DNA of 64,000 bases from Armatimonadota bacterium (GTDB lineage Bacteria > Armatimonadota > SYMT01), in contig JBKBRF010000021.1 of the NCBI GenBank assembly GCA_046292385.1, positions 50,668 through 114,667 of the forward strand, given 5' to 3'. The position numbers and the translations under genes are program-made. The notes under the pieces were generated by a model that worked only from the letters and a program-made list of their open reading frames with translations, was not told where the DNA came from and did no database searches. This document shows, one piece after another, positions 37,091 to 46,379 of this stretch (position 1 is the first letter of the stretch; each line of letters opens with the position of its first letter).

Positions 37091-38761
37091 ATGGAAGCGA
37101 AGGCTACTCGAAAAGCAGCCAGGTTATGCCTGGCCGGCAGGATCCCGGCGGCTCTGGCGGACACGGCTTCCGCCGACCTGATCCGGATCATGGCCCGAAG
37201 GGAGCTGACTCGCGCCGTCAGCTTCACGCGCCTCCGGGTTGATCTCGCCTTCGCGCTCGCCGGCGCCGCTGCCCTTACGCTAGCGATTCCGCTCCACCGG
37301 TCGGTCGAAGCCGCAGACGCGCCGCGTGGGACTACCTATCTGGCGGTCCTCGCGGTCGTCATTCAGCTCGGCATCATCGGGCAGAGTGCGATCGCCACCC
37401 GCTCCCGCTGGCATCGGGACATGAGCAGCGGCTCCGCGGAAGAGCTGGCCATGACCGGGGCGGCGCCCTCGCAGCTTCTGCTGGGGATCTGGCTTGGAGC
37501 GTGCGGGGCTGCAGCCGCCTCGATTCTCACACTGCTGCCGGTTCTGGTCCTGACGCTCGCCGTCACCGGGGCATCGGCCTCCGTAATGGCGCCGGTGCTC
37601 CTCTCCTGGTGGCTCTCCGCCGCCGCGGGCAGCGTGCTGGGTCTCATCCTGGCCTCCACCGAGCGCCAGGGCCTGAACGGGTCGCCCGTAGCTTGGCGCT
37701 TCTGGATCCTTCTGATTCTGGCCTGGGGATCCTACCGGAGCCTGTTTTCGACGTTCGGCGGCAGTGGATGGGCGCTCGAGCTACTGCGCATCTTCCGCAG
37801 CGCCGATCCCTTGCTCCTGGTGCCGGCCGCGGCCGGAGCGGTCGGCGAGCCGTGGGTGCCGAAGGCAGCGGCGGCCCTCCTGGCAATCGCCGGAACGGTA
37901 GCGTGGATCGGCAGCTCGCCCCGGCGGTTCGACTGGGGCGAGCCGCCAAAGGCGAGCGCGAGCTTCGACGGACTGATGCTGCTGCGGCCGGTGCGGCGAT
38001 GGGTCGCCGCGCACCGCCAGGCGCAGCCTCCCTGCTACGACCGGGACCTGGCCTATCGCTTTGAGCGGGCGCATGGTTGGCGTTTGCGAATTAGCACGGC
38101 GGGCTGGCTAATGCTGCTGGCGATCCTGCTGATCCCGGCGCTGCCGGTCGCGCTGTTGGGACCGGGCGCGCGGTCCGGCGCCTGGCTGCTGCTGATGCTC
38201 CCGCCGGTCGGCTCCGCGTTGATCGCCGGAATCGGAACAGCCGCCGCCCTCGCGGCGGAGCGGGAGCTGTCGCGTTGGCCGGGCCTGCTGTCCACGCCGC
38301 TGAGGACACGTGACTGGCTGCTGGCGAAGTGCCGCGCCGCCTGCACGGAGAGTGCTCCGCTCTGGGCGGCGGCGGCTTTCCAGGCCGCGCTTTTCGCGGT
38401 GGCGGGTGTCCTCGACTGGTCGGCGGTGGCGGTGGCGGGGCTGAGCGCGCCGCTCGCCGCCGGCGTCACCGCCGCCTGGACTGCGGCGTTCTGCGTCTCA
38501 GCGCGCTCCCTCGCCACTGCCACCCAGCGCGCCGTGATCCTGCTGCTCGTGCCGCCGGTGGTGGTGGAGCTGGCTCGCTGGCTGCTGCCGGGCGGGGAGG
38601 CACTGGAGAGCCTGAGTCTCTTCCATCTCCTCGCAGAGGCGCACCGCCACGGGCTTCACTCCGGCGGCCTCCCTCTCGTGGTCTCCACGGCACATGCCGC
38701 GAGTGCCTCGCTCTGCCTGGCGGCGGCCGTGTGGCAGCTCGAGCGCGATTCGCTCGAATGA
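37091..38761 (+). CDS. Multi-pass membrane protein resembling a duplicated ABC-2 type permease
   Basis: More than 10 hydrophobic segments; AAERELSRWPGLLSTPL...LLAK motif. Confidence 0.55.
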   Translation: MEAKATRKAARLCLAGRIPAALADTASADLIRIMARRELTRAVSFTRLRVDLAFALAGAAALTLAIPLHRSVEAADAPRGTTYLAVLAVVIQLGIIGQSAIATRSRWHRDMSSGSAEELAMTGAAPSQLLLGIWLGACGAAAASILTLLPVLVLTLAVTGASASVMAPVLLSWWLSAAAGSVLGLILASTERQGLNGSPVAWRFWILLILAWGSYRSLFSTFGGSGWALELLRIFRSADPLLLVPAAAGAVGEPWVPKAAAALLAIAGTVAWIGSSPRRFDWGEPPKASASFDGLMLLRPVRRWVAAHRQAQPPCYDRDLAYRFERAHGWRLRISTAGWLMLLAILLIPALPVALLGPGARSGAWLLLMLPPVGSALIAGIGTAAALAAERELSRWPGLLSTPLRTRDWLLAKCRAACTESAPLWAAAAFQAALFAVAGVLDWSAVAVAGLSAPLAAGVTAAWTAAFCVSARSLATATQRAVILLLVPPVVVELARWLLPGGEALESLSLFHLLAEAHRHGLHSGGLPLVVSTAHAASASLCLAAAVWQLERDSLE

Positions 38762-38772
38762 TCCTGTGAGGA

Positions 38773-40548
38773 ATGATGATGATCCGGTGGGTGCTCTGGC
38801 TACTCCTATCTGCCCTCGTGATTGCCGCGCCGGCTACCGCAGCTCCCGAGGTGAGACGCCGATCCACTCCCCCCGACTACAGCGCGTACCGGGCGGCGGC
38901 AGGCGCGGCGGGCGTGGTGTGGAGCGAAGAGGCCCGCAGTTCCTCACCCTGCCGGGTGTTTGTTCGGCTGGACACCCACACGCAGCGGCTTTCGGTGGAC
39001 CTGCCCCCACAGGTTTCTCTCGCCACCGCGGAACCCTGGCTGCAGGAAACGTCCGAGGCGCTGGGTGGGTCCGCCGTCCGCCTCTACTCGTATCAGGATG
39101 CGCAGCGAACGGTGGTAACGCTCGTCTCACCCGTGCACTCCGTGCATCCGTTCAGCCGTCGCGCCACGGTGGACACGAGACTGCTGGAAGCGCGGCTCCG
39201 GAAGCTGACCCCCAACCCTGTACTCCTGTATGTCCGTAGCAGCAACGCCGGCATCACCTCGGTCGCACCGGCGCCTTCCGCCCGCGCGACCTACGGAGGG
39301 GATACGTTCCTCTTCTACGCGGCGCTGCCGTCCGGTTCGGGAGCCCTCTCCGTCATCTACGGATACTCCGCGCGCGAGACGGCGGCGGTGCTGCTGGCTC
39401 TCGGGCTGTGGCTCCTTTTCCCCGTGGTGGTGCTGCTGGCCTTGCGGGCACATCTACGGCGCCAGGAGGATCTCACGCCGGAGGCGCGAGCGGCCGCCTT
39501 CAAGCGCTGGGGCTGGGGGATCCGCATCGCCGCAGTCGTAGGCACCTTCTTCACCTTTGCCGTCCTGGGAACGGCGAGAGCCGGAGGGCTTCCGCTGGGG
39601 GGTACCTCCGGCCTCCCGCCAGCGGTTCCCCTCTGGTTCTGGTGCAGTGCCGTCGCCAAGCTAATCACCCTCCCCGAACCGTCGGATCGCCCCAGACTGG
39701 CGGCGTGGTCGCGCTGGTGCTCGGCATTATGGGATCTCGCGCTGATGGGGTTGTTAGTCGCGGTCTGGCTGGCCCCCATTCGGAGCTGGGTCGCTCCCCT
39801 GGTGCTCCGCAGCGGGCTACAGGCGATACCGCTCCTGGTCGCGACGGCCGTCGCGGCGCTGGGCGCCGGGCTGGCATTCTTCGGGCTCTACCTGCTCCGC
39901 AGAGCGCCAGCCGCGTGGGCCGCTTCCCGAGCTCCCTCTCCGATTCCCAGTGATCCGGAGGGGCTGCGCGAGGCGTTTCGCGAGCTAACAGCACAAGCGG
40001 CGAGCGAAGAGATCCCGGCCACTCCAGAGATCCCATCCACCATCCCCCGGGGGGCTGCCGACTTCATCAACGCCCTGGAAGAGACGGTGAGGACGCTGGA
40101 GCCGGACCAGCGCGCCGCCCTGACGGCCAGCAGTCGCCTCCTGCTGGAAGGCCGGCCGCCTCGGATCCACGGCCCGCTCCTCTCCATCTTCGTGACGGGC
40201 GCCGCGCTGGCAGGAACCGGAGTCGCGGTCTGGCTGGTGCCTGTTCCGCTGCAGTGGGTGGTCCTGGCCGGCGGAGTGGGACTGAGTTTCGCCGGTTCGA
40301 TCTTCGGGAGCTGGATTGCCAACAAGTCGGACGGCTCGCTCCGCCAGCGCCAGGAAGAAGCCGACTTCAAGGTGGCGCAGGTGATGGATGATCCGCACCG
40401 CCTGGTCGACGCCCTCCGCCGGCTGGAAGAGTGCGAGCGGGTCCTCGGTTTCAGGACAGCATCCGGAGCGGCGGTGACGTCGATCCACCAGGACCGCAGA
40501 GAGCGCCTGGAGCGGCGCCTGGGAGACGGCTGCTGTCCGACAGCGTGA
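38773..40548 (+). CDS. Hypothetical membrane protein with a degenerate peptidase M48-like C-terminus
   Basis: Signal peptide, soluble domain and several TMs; QEEADFKVAQVMDDPHRLVDALRRL...RERL but no HExxH. Confidence 0.55.
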   Translation: MMMIRWVLWLLLSALVIAAPATAAPEVRRRSTPPDYSAYRAAAGAAGVVWSEEARSSSPCRVFVRLDTHTQRLSVDLPPQVSLATAEPWLQETSEALGGSAVRLYSYQDAQRTVVTLVSPVHSVHPFSRRATVDTRLLEARLRKLTPNPVLLYVRSSNAGITSVAPAPSARATYGGDTFLFYAALPSGSGALSVIYGYSARETAAVLLALGLWLLFPVVVLLALRAHLRRQEDLTPEARAAAFKRWGWGIRIAAVVGTFFTFAVLGTARAGGLPLGGTSGLPPAVPLWFWCSAVAKLITLPEPSDRPRLAAWSRWCSALWDLALMGLLVAVWLAPIRSWVAPLVLRSGLQAIPLLVATAVAALGAGLAFFGLYLLRRAPAAWAASRAPSPIPSDPEGLREAFRELTAQAASEEIPATPEIPSTIPRGAADFINALEETVRTLEPDQRAALTASSRLLLEGRPPRIHGPLLSIFVTGAALAGTGVAVWLVPVPLQWVVLAGGVGLSFAGSIFGSWIANKSDGSLRQRQEEADFKVAQVMDDPHRLVDALRRLEECERVLGFRTASGAAVTSIHQDRRERLERRLGDGCCPTA

Positions 40549-40677
40549 TCCGACGGCCTCGCCGACGGAGAACCCTTCCAGCGCGTGGCGAGCCCGCTGG
40601 GGGCGCTCGGGTTGGGAGGCTGGGTGAGCCCACTGAAACGTCTCCGCACCCGCTCCGCTGGTGGGGACGCTTTCCGG

Positions 40678-41037
40678 CTAGGAGAGGACCTCGATCCGGA
40701 AGCCGCCCGGCGCGATGAAGTAGAACGTCCAGGAGCCGTGCTGCCGTTCCGGCATCGGAACGTCGTAGCCGTCGTCCTTCAGCCGCCGATAGAGTTCGTT
40801 CACCGCCTCCTGGCTTGGCTGCGTGAACCCGATGTGGAAGAACCCGGGGTATTCCACGGGGACGTCCCGCTTACCTCGAAACAGGCTGAGGATGAACCCG
40901 CGATCGTCGCGTAGGAACGCCATCGTAGCGCTGTGCGGCGGGGCTCCGTCGAACGGCCGCAGCCCGAAGTACTTCTCCAGGAAGCTCGCCGCCTCGGCGG
41001 CATCGGTCACGGTTAGGTTCAAGTGGTTGAGGGTCAT
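40678..41037 (-). CDS. VOC / glyoxalase family protein
   Basis: LNHLNLTV, FHIGF and FYFIAPGGFRIEV motifs. Confidence 0.9.
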   Translation of the reverse strand: MTLNHLNLTVTDAAEAASFLEKYFGLRPFDGAPPHSATMAFLRDDRGFILSLFRGKRDVPVEYPGFFHIGFTQPSQEAVNELYRRLKDDGYDVPMPERQHGSWTFYFIAPGGFRIEVLS

Positions 41038-41417
41038 TCGGCATCCCTCCGCTGCCAGGGGGTTGTTACCCCGGCAGACAGGCGAGGGGGCGACTGTGTT
41101 GTCCCCAATCTGTGAGATGAATCATCTGGCCGGAAAGCTCCGCCGCCGGCAGTGTGCAGTCTCCTGACCGCCTGGCCGGCACCCCGATCCGGGTAACTCG
41201 TGCTATCCGACGCAAACCTGCTCTGTCGCTCGCCGGGTCGCCCCCGTGTTGCCGGTTTCGGGGGCGCCTGCGGTCAATCACCTCTGGCAGGACTTATCGG
41301 GCAAAGGCCCTGGGGCCGTGGCCAGTGGCCCCAGGGCCTTTGCGGAGGCTGCGGTTGCGCCCCGTTGACTGCGCGTTCCAGTCGAGGTGAAGCCTGGTTG
41401 AGCTAGCCGAGGCCAGG

Positions 41418-42233
41418 CTATGCTGCCCGACGTCGGACGTCGGCCGGGCCAGTCCTGGTGGGTGCTTCTGCTGCAGTCTCCGCCGGATACGGTGGCGTCG
41501 GCACCGAACCGCGCACCGTGTGGATGTGCTGGCGCACGTGCGGGGCCGCCTGCTGCGCTGTGTCGACCCATCTGCGGGTCAACTCCGCCGCCACTTCGCG
41601 CCCGCCCAGGCCAAAGCTCAACGCCAAGGCTAGGCCGATTGTCGCGACTAGCCCGATGAAGAGGGTGTTTACCACCACCGGCGCGATGTTCAACTGATTC
41701 ATGGCCGCGACTATCCCAAACGCCATCACCGCCCAATACGCCAGGTCGTCAAGGAGACTAGCCCCCACCGCCCCGGCGCTCGACATGGCCCCTCGCACTA
41801 CCCCCTGGAGAAGCCGCCCGAGGAAGCCCGCGACCATCAGTATCAGCACGGCCACGAAGATGTTCGGAATAAACGCGATCATCTGGTTCAGCAACACGGT
41901 GACCTGCCGGAGACCGAGCACGTCTGCCGCCATCTGTATCACGACGAGCCGCAGGGTCCAAGCCACGGCCTGTCCGAGCACGGAACTGGAGTCCATCCGT
42001 TCAACGCCGGCTTTCTCCAGGAACGTCTTAAAGCCCACGCGCCCAGCGAACGGCTCGAAGCCGACGCGACGCAGGATCCCTGCCGTAAGCTTCCCGAGGA
42101 CACCACTGATCACCCAGCCCACGATCAGGATGAGAATGGCTCCCAGCAACGCCGGGATCACCCCCAGAAGCTGATTCAGAGCGCCAGTAAGGGCGATGAG
42201 CATCGCCTCGCCCCAGTTCTGTATGCGTTGCAT
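41418..42233 (-). CDS. TM-helix repeat membrane protein (CmpX / MscS-associated)
   Basis: Repeated IPALLGAILILIVG / IPNIFVAVLILMVA; ALSFGLGGRE. Confidence 0.85.
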   Translation of the reverse strand: MQRIQNWGEAMLIALTGALNQLLGVIPALLGAILILIVGWVISGVLGKLTAGILRRVGFEPFAGRVGFKTFLEKAGVERMDSSSVLGQAVAWTLRLVVIQMAADVLGLRQVTVLLNQMIAFIPNIFVAVLILMVAGFLGRLLQGVVRGAMSSAGAVGASLLDDLAYWAVMAFGIVAAMNQLNIAPVVVNTLFIGLVATIGLALALSFGLGGREVAAELTRRWVDTAQQAAPHVRQHIHTVRGSVPTPPYPAETAAEAPTRTGPADVRRRAA

Positions 42234-42607
42234 GACTAGCTACCATCCTCTATGGACACTTCAAAGCGTCATCCCTTCGGTCTGCTGGTGGTACAACACA
42301 GACGTACCCTGGGCTTAGAGTAGCGAAACTGTAAGCAGCCTTTGGATGCAGTTGCCGCTGGCGGTCGGAAGGCACAGGAGCGGCCGGAGGAACTTCCCGG
42401 AACCCGCCGCTCGGCGTCCTGAAGCGTCGGGTCGAGCGGCCGATCTGGCGCGACGACGCTTACGGCACGCCTTAAGCACCCTGAGCTCCACACCGGGTGG
42501 GGCGACACCGCGACTCCCCGAAGGAGACGGGCACTCAGCCGTGGAGCTTCTTGGAGAGAGCCGTCCCGAGAGCCGTAGAGTGGCTGATGAGGGGGCTGAA
42601 CTAAGCA

Positions 42608-42632
42608 CAAAAGGCCCCCTCTCGGGGACCTT
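42608..42632 (-). terminator. Intrinsic terminator after tRNA-Val
   Basis: Minus strand AAGGTCCCC-GAGA-GGGGGCCTTTT. Confidence 0.7.
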
Positions 42633-42636
42633 GGAG

Positions 42637-42708
42637 TGGGCACGACAGGATTCGAACCTGTGACCCCTTCGGTGTGAACGAAGTGCTCTACCACTGAGCC
42701 ACGCGCCC
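42637..42708 (-). tRNA. tRNA-Val (anticodon CAC); CCA not encoded
   Basis: GGGCGCG/CGTGCCC acceptor stem; D-arm GCTCAGTGGTAGAGC; anticodon loop TTCACAC; T-arm GGTTCGAATCC. Confidence 0.96.
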
Positions 42709-42795
42709 GTATGCGGTTGGGGGTGCCGCGCCGTCCGGCCTCGGCTCGGCTAGTATAGCAAGGACCCTCCGGCGGGTCAACGGCCGGGAGCATTT

Positions 42796-43179
42796 TTACT
42801 CCTGGTTGACCAGGAAGTGAGCGACCTGGTCGAAGTAGGTCAGCAGAATGCCGCGGGCCGGCTCCTCGATCCCGACCTCCTCCACGGCCGCCCGCATGTG
42901 GGCCAGCCAGGCGTCCCGCTCGGCGGGGCCGATGCGGAAGGGGAAGTGACGCATCCGCAGGCGGGGGTGGCCGCGCATCGCCTCGTAGCGCGGCGGGCCG
43001 CCGAAGAACTGCGTCAGGAACAGGAAGAGGCGCTCCCGGGCGCCGTCCATGTCGTCCGCCGGGTACATCGGCCGCAGCAGCGGGTCCCCCTCCACGCCGC
43101 GGTAGAAGGCGTCGACCAGCAGCGCGAACGTCGGGTCGCCGCCGGCCTGCTCGTAAACGGTCTGCTCGGTCTGGTGCAT
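42796..43179 (-). CDS. Group II truncated hemoglobin (GlbO-like)
   Basis: YEQAGG...FY...LRPMYP...QFFGGP..Y...GHPRLRMRH...W. Confidence 0.93.
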   Translation of the reverse strand: MHQTEQTVYEQAGGDPTFALLVDAFYRGVEGDPLLRPMYPADDMDGARERLFLFLTQFFGGPPRYEAMRGHPRLRMRHFPFRIGPAERDAWLAHMRAAVEEVGIEEPARGILLTYFDQVAHFLVNQE

Positions 43180-43436
43180 CGGTGCCTCTCGTCTCGGGGC
43201 TCATCTTAGCGGGAGGTCTCGCGAGGGGCAAGGGCGATCGGGTTCCGCCGCGGGTCTCCCGGCAGCGCGAACCCGCGCGGGGCGGCGGCTCGCGCTCCAG
43301 GGTGATACTTCTTTCGCGGGACGGAGTAACGCTCCGCGCGACGCAGGGTGAGACGGCGTCCTTGCCGAACCGCAAGCTGGACTCTCATCCGCGGGCGTGT
43401 TCGCCCGCCGTCCCGGCCGGCTGGACAAACCTGGAT

Positions 43437-46139
43437 ATGCGCAGCTCTACTTCTTCCTCCCCGATCCGCTTCTGCTGGATCTTCTACGCCCTGCTCGCCG
43501 CGTGCTTGCTCCTGCCGCGGCTCGACGCCCTGGCGCAGCCGGTGGGACGGCTCGACGTCGGCGAGCCGCAGCTCTCCACGCCCCTGCTGGTCACCGGGAC
43601 GGAAGGGGTGCTGGCCGTCGAGTTGATCAACTCCGGGACCCGGGAGCTCCGGGGGTTCACGGTCGAGGCGGTGCCGCCGTTCGGACTCCGCCTGGAGCCG
43701 CTTCAGCCGGCGCCCGCGGTGCTGCCGGTCGGGGAGCGCGCGGAGGTATCGTGGCGGGTCTCCGCGGAGCAGCCAGACCTCTTCCCGGTGCTGGTCCGCG
43801 TCCAGGCGGAAGGCGTGGAGCCGGTCGAGCGGGAGGTGCAGGTGGCGGCGGTGCCGCCCGGGCCGGCGCCGGACCTGCGCACGGTGGAGCATCCGGTGGT
43901 GGCGCCGGACGCGGCCGGTAACTTCATCTTCCGCAACCGGCACCTGGTGGCGCTGCTGGTCAAGACCGGGAACCGCTTCGGGCCCATGATCCTCTGGCCG
44001 ACGCGCCGACCCACCGATCCGGAGGCGCTGCCGCTCGCGGTCGCCCCCGCGCTCGCGCGCCTCGCGTGGAAGGAGGGCGACCAGCTCCACAGCGCCTCGT
44101 TCCTGCCGTCCGACGTCAAGCGCCTGGGCGACGACCGCCTGCGCCTCCGCGGCACGGCTGCGCAGGGTAACGTCACGTGGGACCTGGAGATGGAGCTGGA
44201 AATCGGGGAGGAGCCCTGGCTCAAGTGGAGCGCCAGCACGCGGCCCAGCGCTTCCGCCTCGCTCGTCCGCTTCGCGCCGCTGTCGCTGAAGGTTGCCGCC
44301 GAGCCCAGGTCCGAGGTGCTCTTCCCGGGCGTGCTCTACGACGAGGTCGAGCGCATCGACGCCGAGGAGCTTCGGCCGCGCCTGCTGGCGCCGAACCCGC
44401 TGCAGGTAACGGTGCCGCTGATGGCGGTCACTTCCGGCCGGACTACCCTCTCGCTGATGTGGGACCAGGCGCAGAAGTGGGGCGGCACTGGCGCGCCGGC
44501 CGCGCTGCTCGGCACCGCCCCGGTGCGGGACGCGGGCGCCGAGTATCGGATGGAGCTGTTTCTCCCCTCCATTCCGGACTACGTCCGCGAAGACGAGACG
44601 ACCGCCACCCAGACCTACGAAGTGCCGGCCGGCGTGCCGGTCCGGCTCCAGGCGCGCATCGCGGTGCTGCGCGAAGAGGAAGACCCGACTGCCGCGGTAC
44701 GGACGTGGGCGGACGCCTACCTGCACATGGGAGTCCGGAAGTATCCGGTTCCGTTCGAGCGGGTGCGGGAGCTGGCCCGCGTAAGCTACCTGCGCACCCT
44801 GTGGGACCCGCAGGTGCCCGGCTGGCTTCCCGCCGTGGGACCAGAGCCGGTCCGCGCAGAGCCTTCCCCCTCTAACGTGCTGGCACTGCTCATCGACGCG
44901 GGCCTGACGGAGAAGGACGCCGTCTCCGCGGAGCTGCGTCAGCGGGCGGAGGTCGTCCTCGACGCGCTCCAGGCGCAGGGGCCGCTCGATCCGGTGCTGG
45001 CGTACCGGGTCGGCGGCGTCATTCCCACTCTCGACGCCGTTTACGAGGCGGTGCGCCCGCTGATCCGGGAGCAGCTCGCCAGCGGCGCCTGGCCGCTCGA
45101 CGTTCCGGTGGACGACGAGCCGGCCCGGAGTGAGGAGATCGGCCCCATTGCCCGGCGCGCGGTGACGGTCCTCCGTTCCGCGGTGCTGACCGGCGACAGC
45201 GACGCGGCCGGAGCGGGCCGGCGTGCCCTCGAGTACATGGCGGGGCGCTTCCGGGTCCCGCGCGGCGGCCTGCCGGGAGAGGTGCCGCTGCAGGCGGCCG
45301 ATCTCCTCGCCGCCGCCGATGCCGCGGAGGCGTTCCTCCTCGGCTACCAGGTGAGCGGCGAGCGGCGCTACGTGGACGAGGCCCGCTACTGGGCGGACAC
45401 CGGGCTGCCGTTCGTCTACCTCTGGGGCGATCCGGCGCGGCCGGCGCTCAAGCAGGCGGCCCTCCCCTACATGGGAAGCGACGAGGCGATGCAGTGGATC
45501 GGTCTCCGCTACGCGCTGGTGCTGCGCGCGCTGCACGACGTGCGGCCAGACGCCCTCCACGACTACGTCTCCGAAGGCATCCTCTCCAGCGCCATGCACC
45601 AGATGGAGAAGGCCGGCGCCAACGCCGGGCTCTACCCGGAGCGCTGGGACGTGCGCACCAGCGCTCCGGAAGGCGCCTGGCTCAACCCGGAGGGCGTCCT
45701 GGCGCTGATGTACCGCCTCCAGCGTTACAACCCGCAGGTCTCCCACCTGCGGCTGCGGACCGGGGCGGACCGGATGTTCGTCGCCAGCGGCGCCACCATC
45801 CTGGAAGGCATCACTACCGCCCAGCGCCTCCGCCTGAAGCTGCGCTGGATCCGCGGCGAGGACACCTTCACCACCATCACGGGGGTGCCGGAGCGCCCGA
45901 TCCGCATCGAGATCAACGAGTCCCCGCTGCGGCGCTTCGGCCTGCCGATCTCCCGGGAGTTCCTGCCGGAAGTGACGGAAGAGTCGCAGGTCGGCTGGTA
46001 CTACGACGAGCTGCGGCAGCTGCTGATCCTCCGCCTGCGGCACACCAGCCGGGAGGACAACATCGAGGTCCGCTGGCACGACCCGCGGGAGCGGACCGAG
46101 GTAGAACGGATCGACACCCGCGTCCGTCCCCGCCGATAA
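43437..46139 (+). CDS. Large exported hypothetical protein (N-terminal Ig-like domain, C-terminal alpha/alpha-toroid-like region)
   Basis: Signal-like N-terminus; GC3-biased ~900-codon frame; GYQVSGERRYVDEARYWA helix-hairpin pattern. Confidence 0.7.
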   Translation: MRSSTSSSPIRFCWIFYALLAACLLLPRLDALAQPVGRLDVGEPQLSTPLLVTGTEGVLAVELINSGTRELRGFTVEAVPPFGLRLEPLQPAPAVLPVGERAEVSWRVSAEQPDLFPVLVRVQAEGVEPVEREVQVAAVPPGPAPDLRTVEHPVVAPDAAGNFIFRNRHLVALLVKTGNRFGPMILWPTRRPTDPEALPLAVAPALARLAWKEGDQLHSASFLPSDVKRLGDDRLRLRGTAAQGNVTWDLEMELEIGEEPWLKWSASTRPSASASLVRFAPLSLKVAAEPRSEVLFPGVLYDEVERIDAEELRPRLLAPNPLQVTVPLMAVTSGRTTLSLMWDQAQKWGGTGAPAALLGTAPVRDAGAEYRMELFLPSIPDYVREDETTATQTYEVPAGVPVRLQARIAVLREEEDPTAAVRTWADAYLHMGVRKYPVPFERVRELARVSYLRTLWDPQVPGWLPAVGPEPVRAEPSPSNVLALLIDAGLTEKDAVSAELRQRAEVVLDALQAQGPLDPVLAYRVGGVIPTLDAVYEAVRPLIREQLASGAWPLDVPVDDEPARSEEIGPIARRAVTVLRSAVLTGDSDAAGAGRRALEYMAGRFRVPRGGLPGEVPLQAADLLAAADAAEAFLLGYQVSGERRYVDEARYWADTGLPFVYLWGDPARPALKQAALPYMGSDEAMQWIGLRYALVLRALHDVRPDALHDYVSEGILSSAMHQMEKAGANAGLYPERWDVRTSAPEGAWLNPEGVLALMYRLQRYNPQVSHLRLRTGADRMFVASGATILEGITTAQRLRLKLRWIRGEDTFTTITGVPERPIRIEINESPLRRFGLPISREFLPEVTEESQVGWYYDELRQLLILRLRHTSREDNIEVRWHDPRERTEVERIDTRVRPRR

Positions 46140-46379
46140 CCGCTCGGGGAGACAGTTAGCAGGCGGGAGAGGTCCCGGTCAGCTCGCGCGGCCGGGTCCT
46201 CTCCCGCCGCCGGCTGCATTGCGGCGCGAATCCGGCAGAACGTCTTGCCGACACCTCAGTACCCGGCAGAGCCACAACCAGCAGGGCTCAGCTTCGGCAG
46301 ATCGCCGCCTGCGCCGCCTCACCGATTCCCGCGCGCTTCGCGGGCGATTGCACTGGTAAGCGACGAACCACTCCAATCG

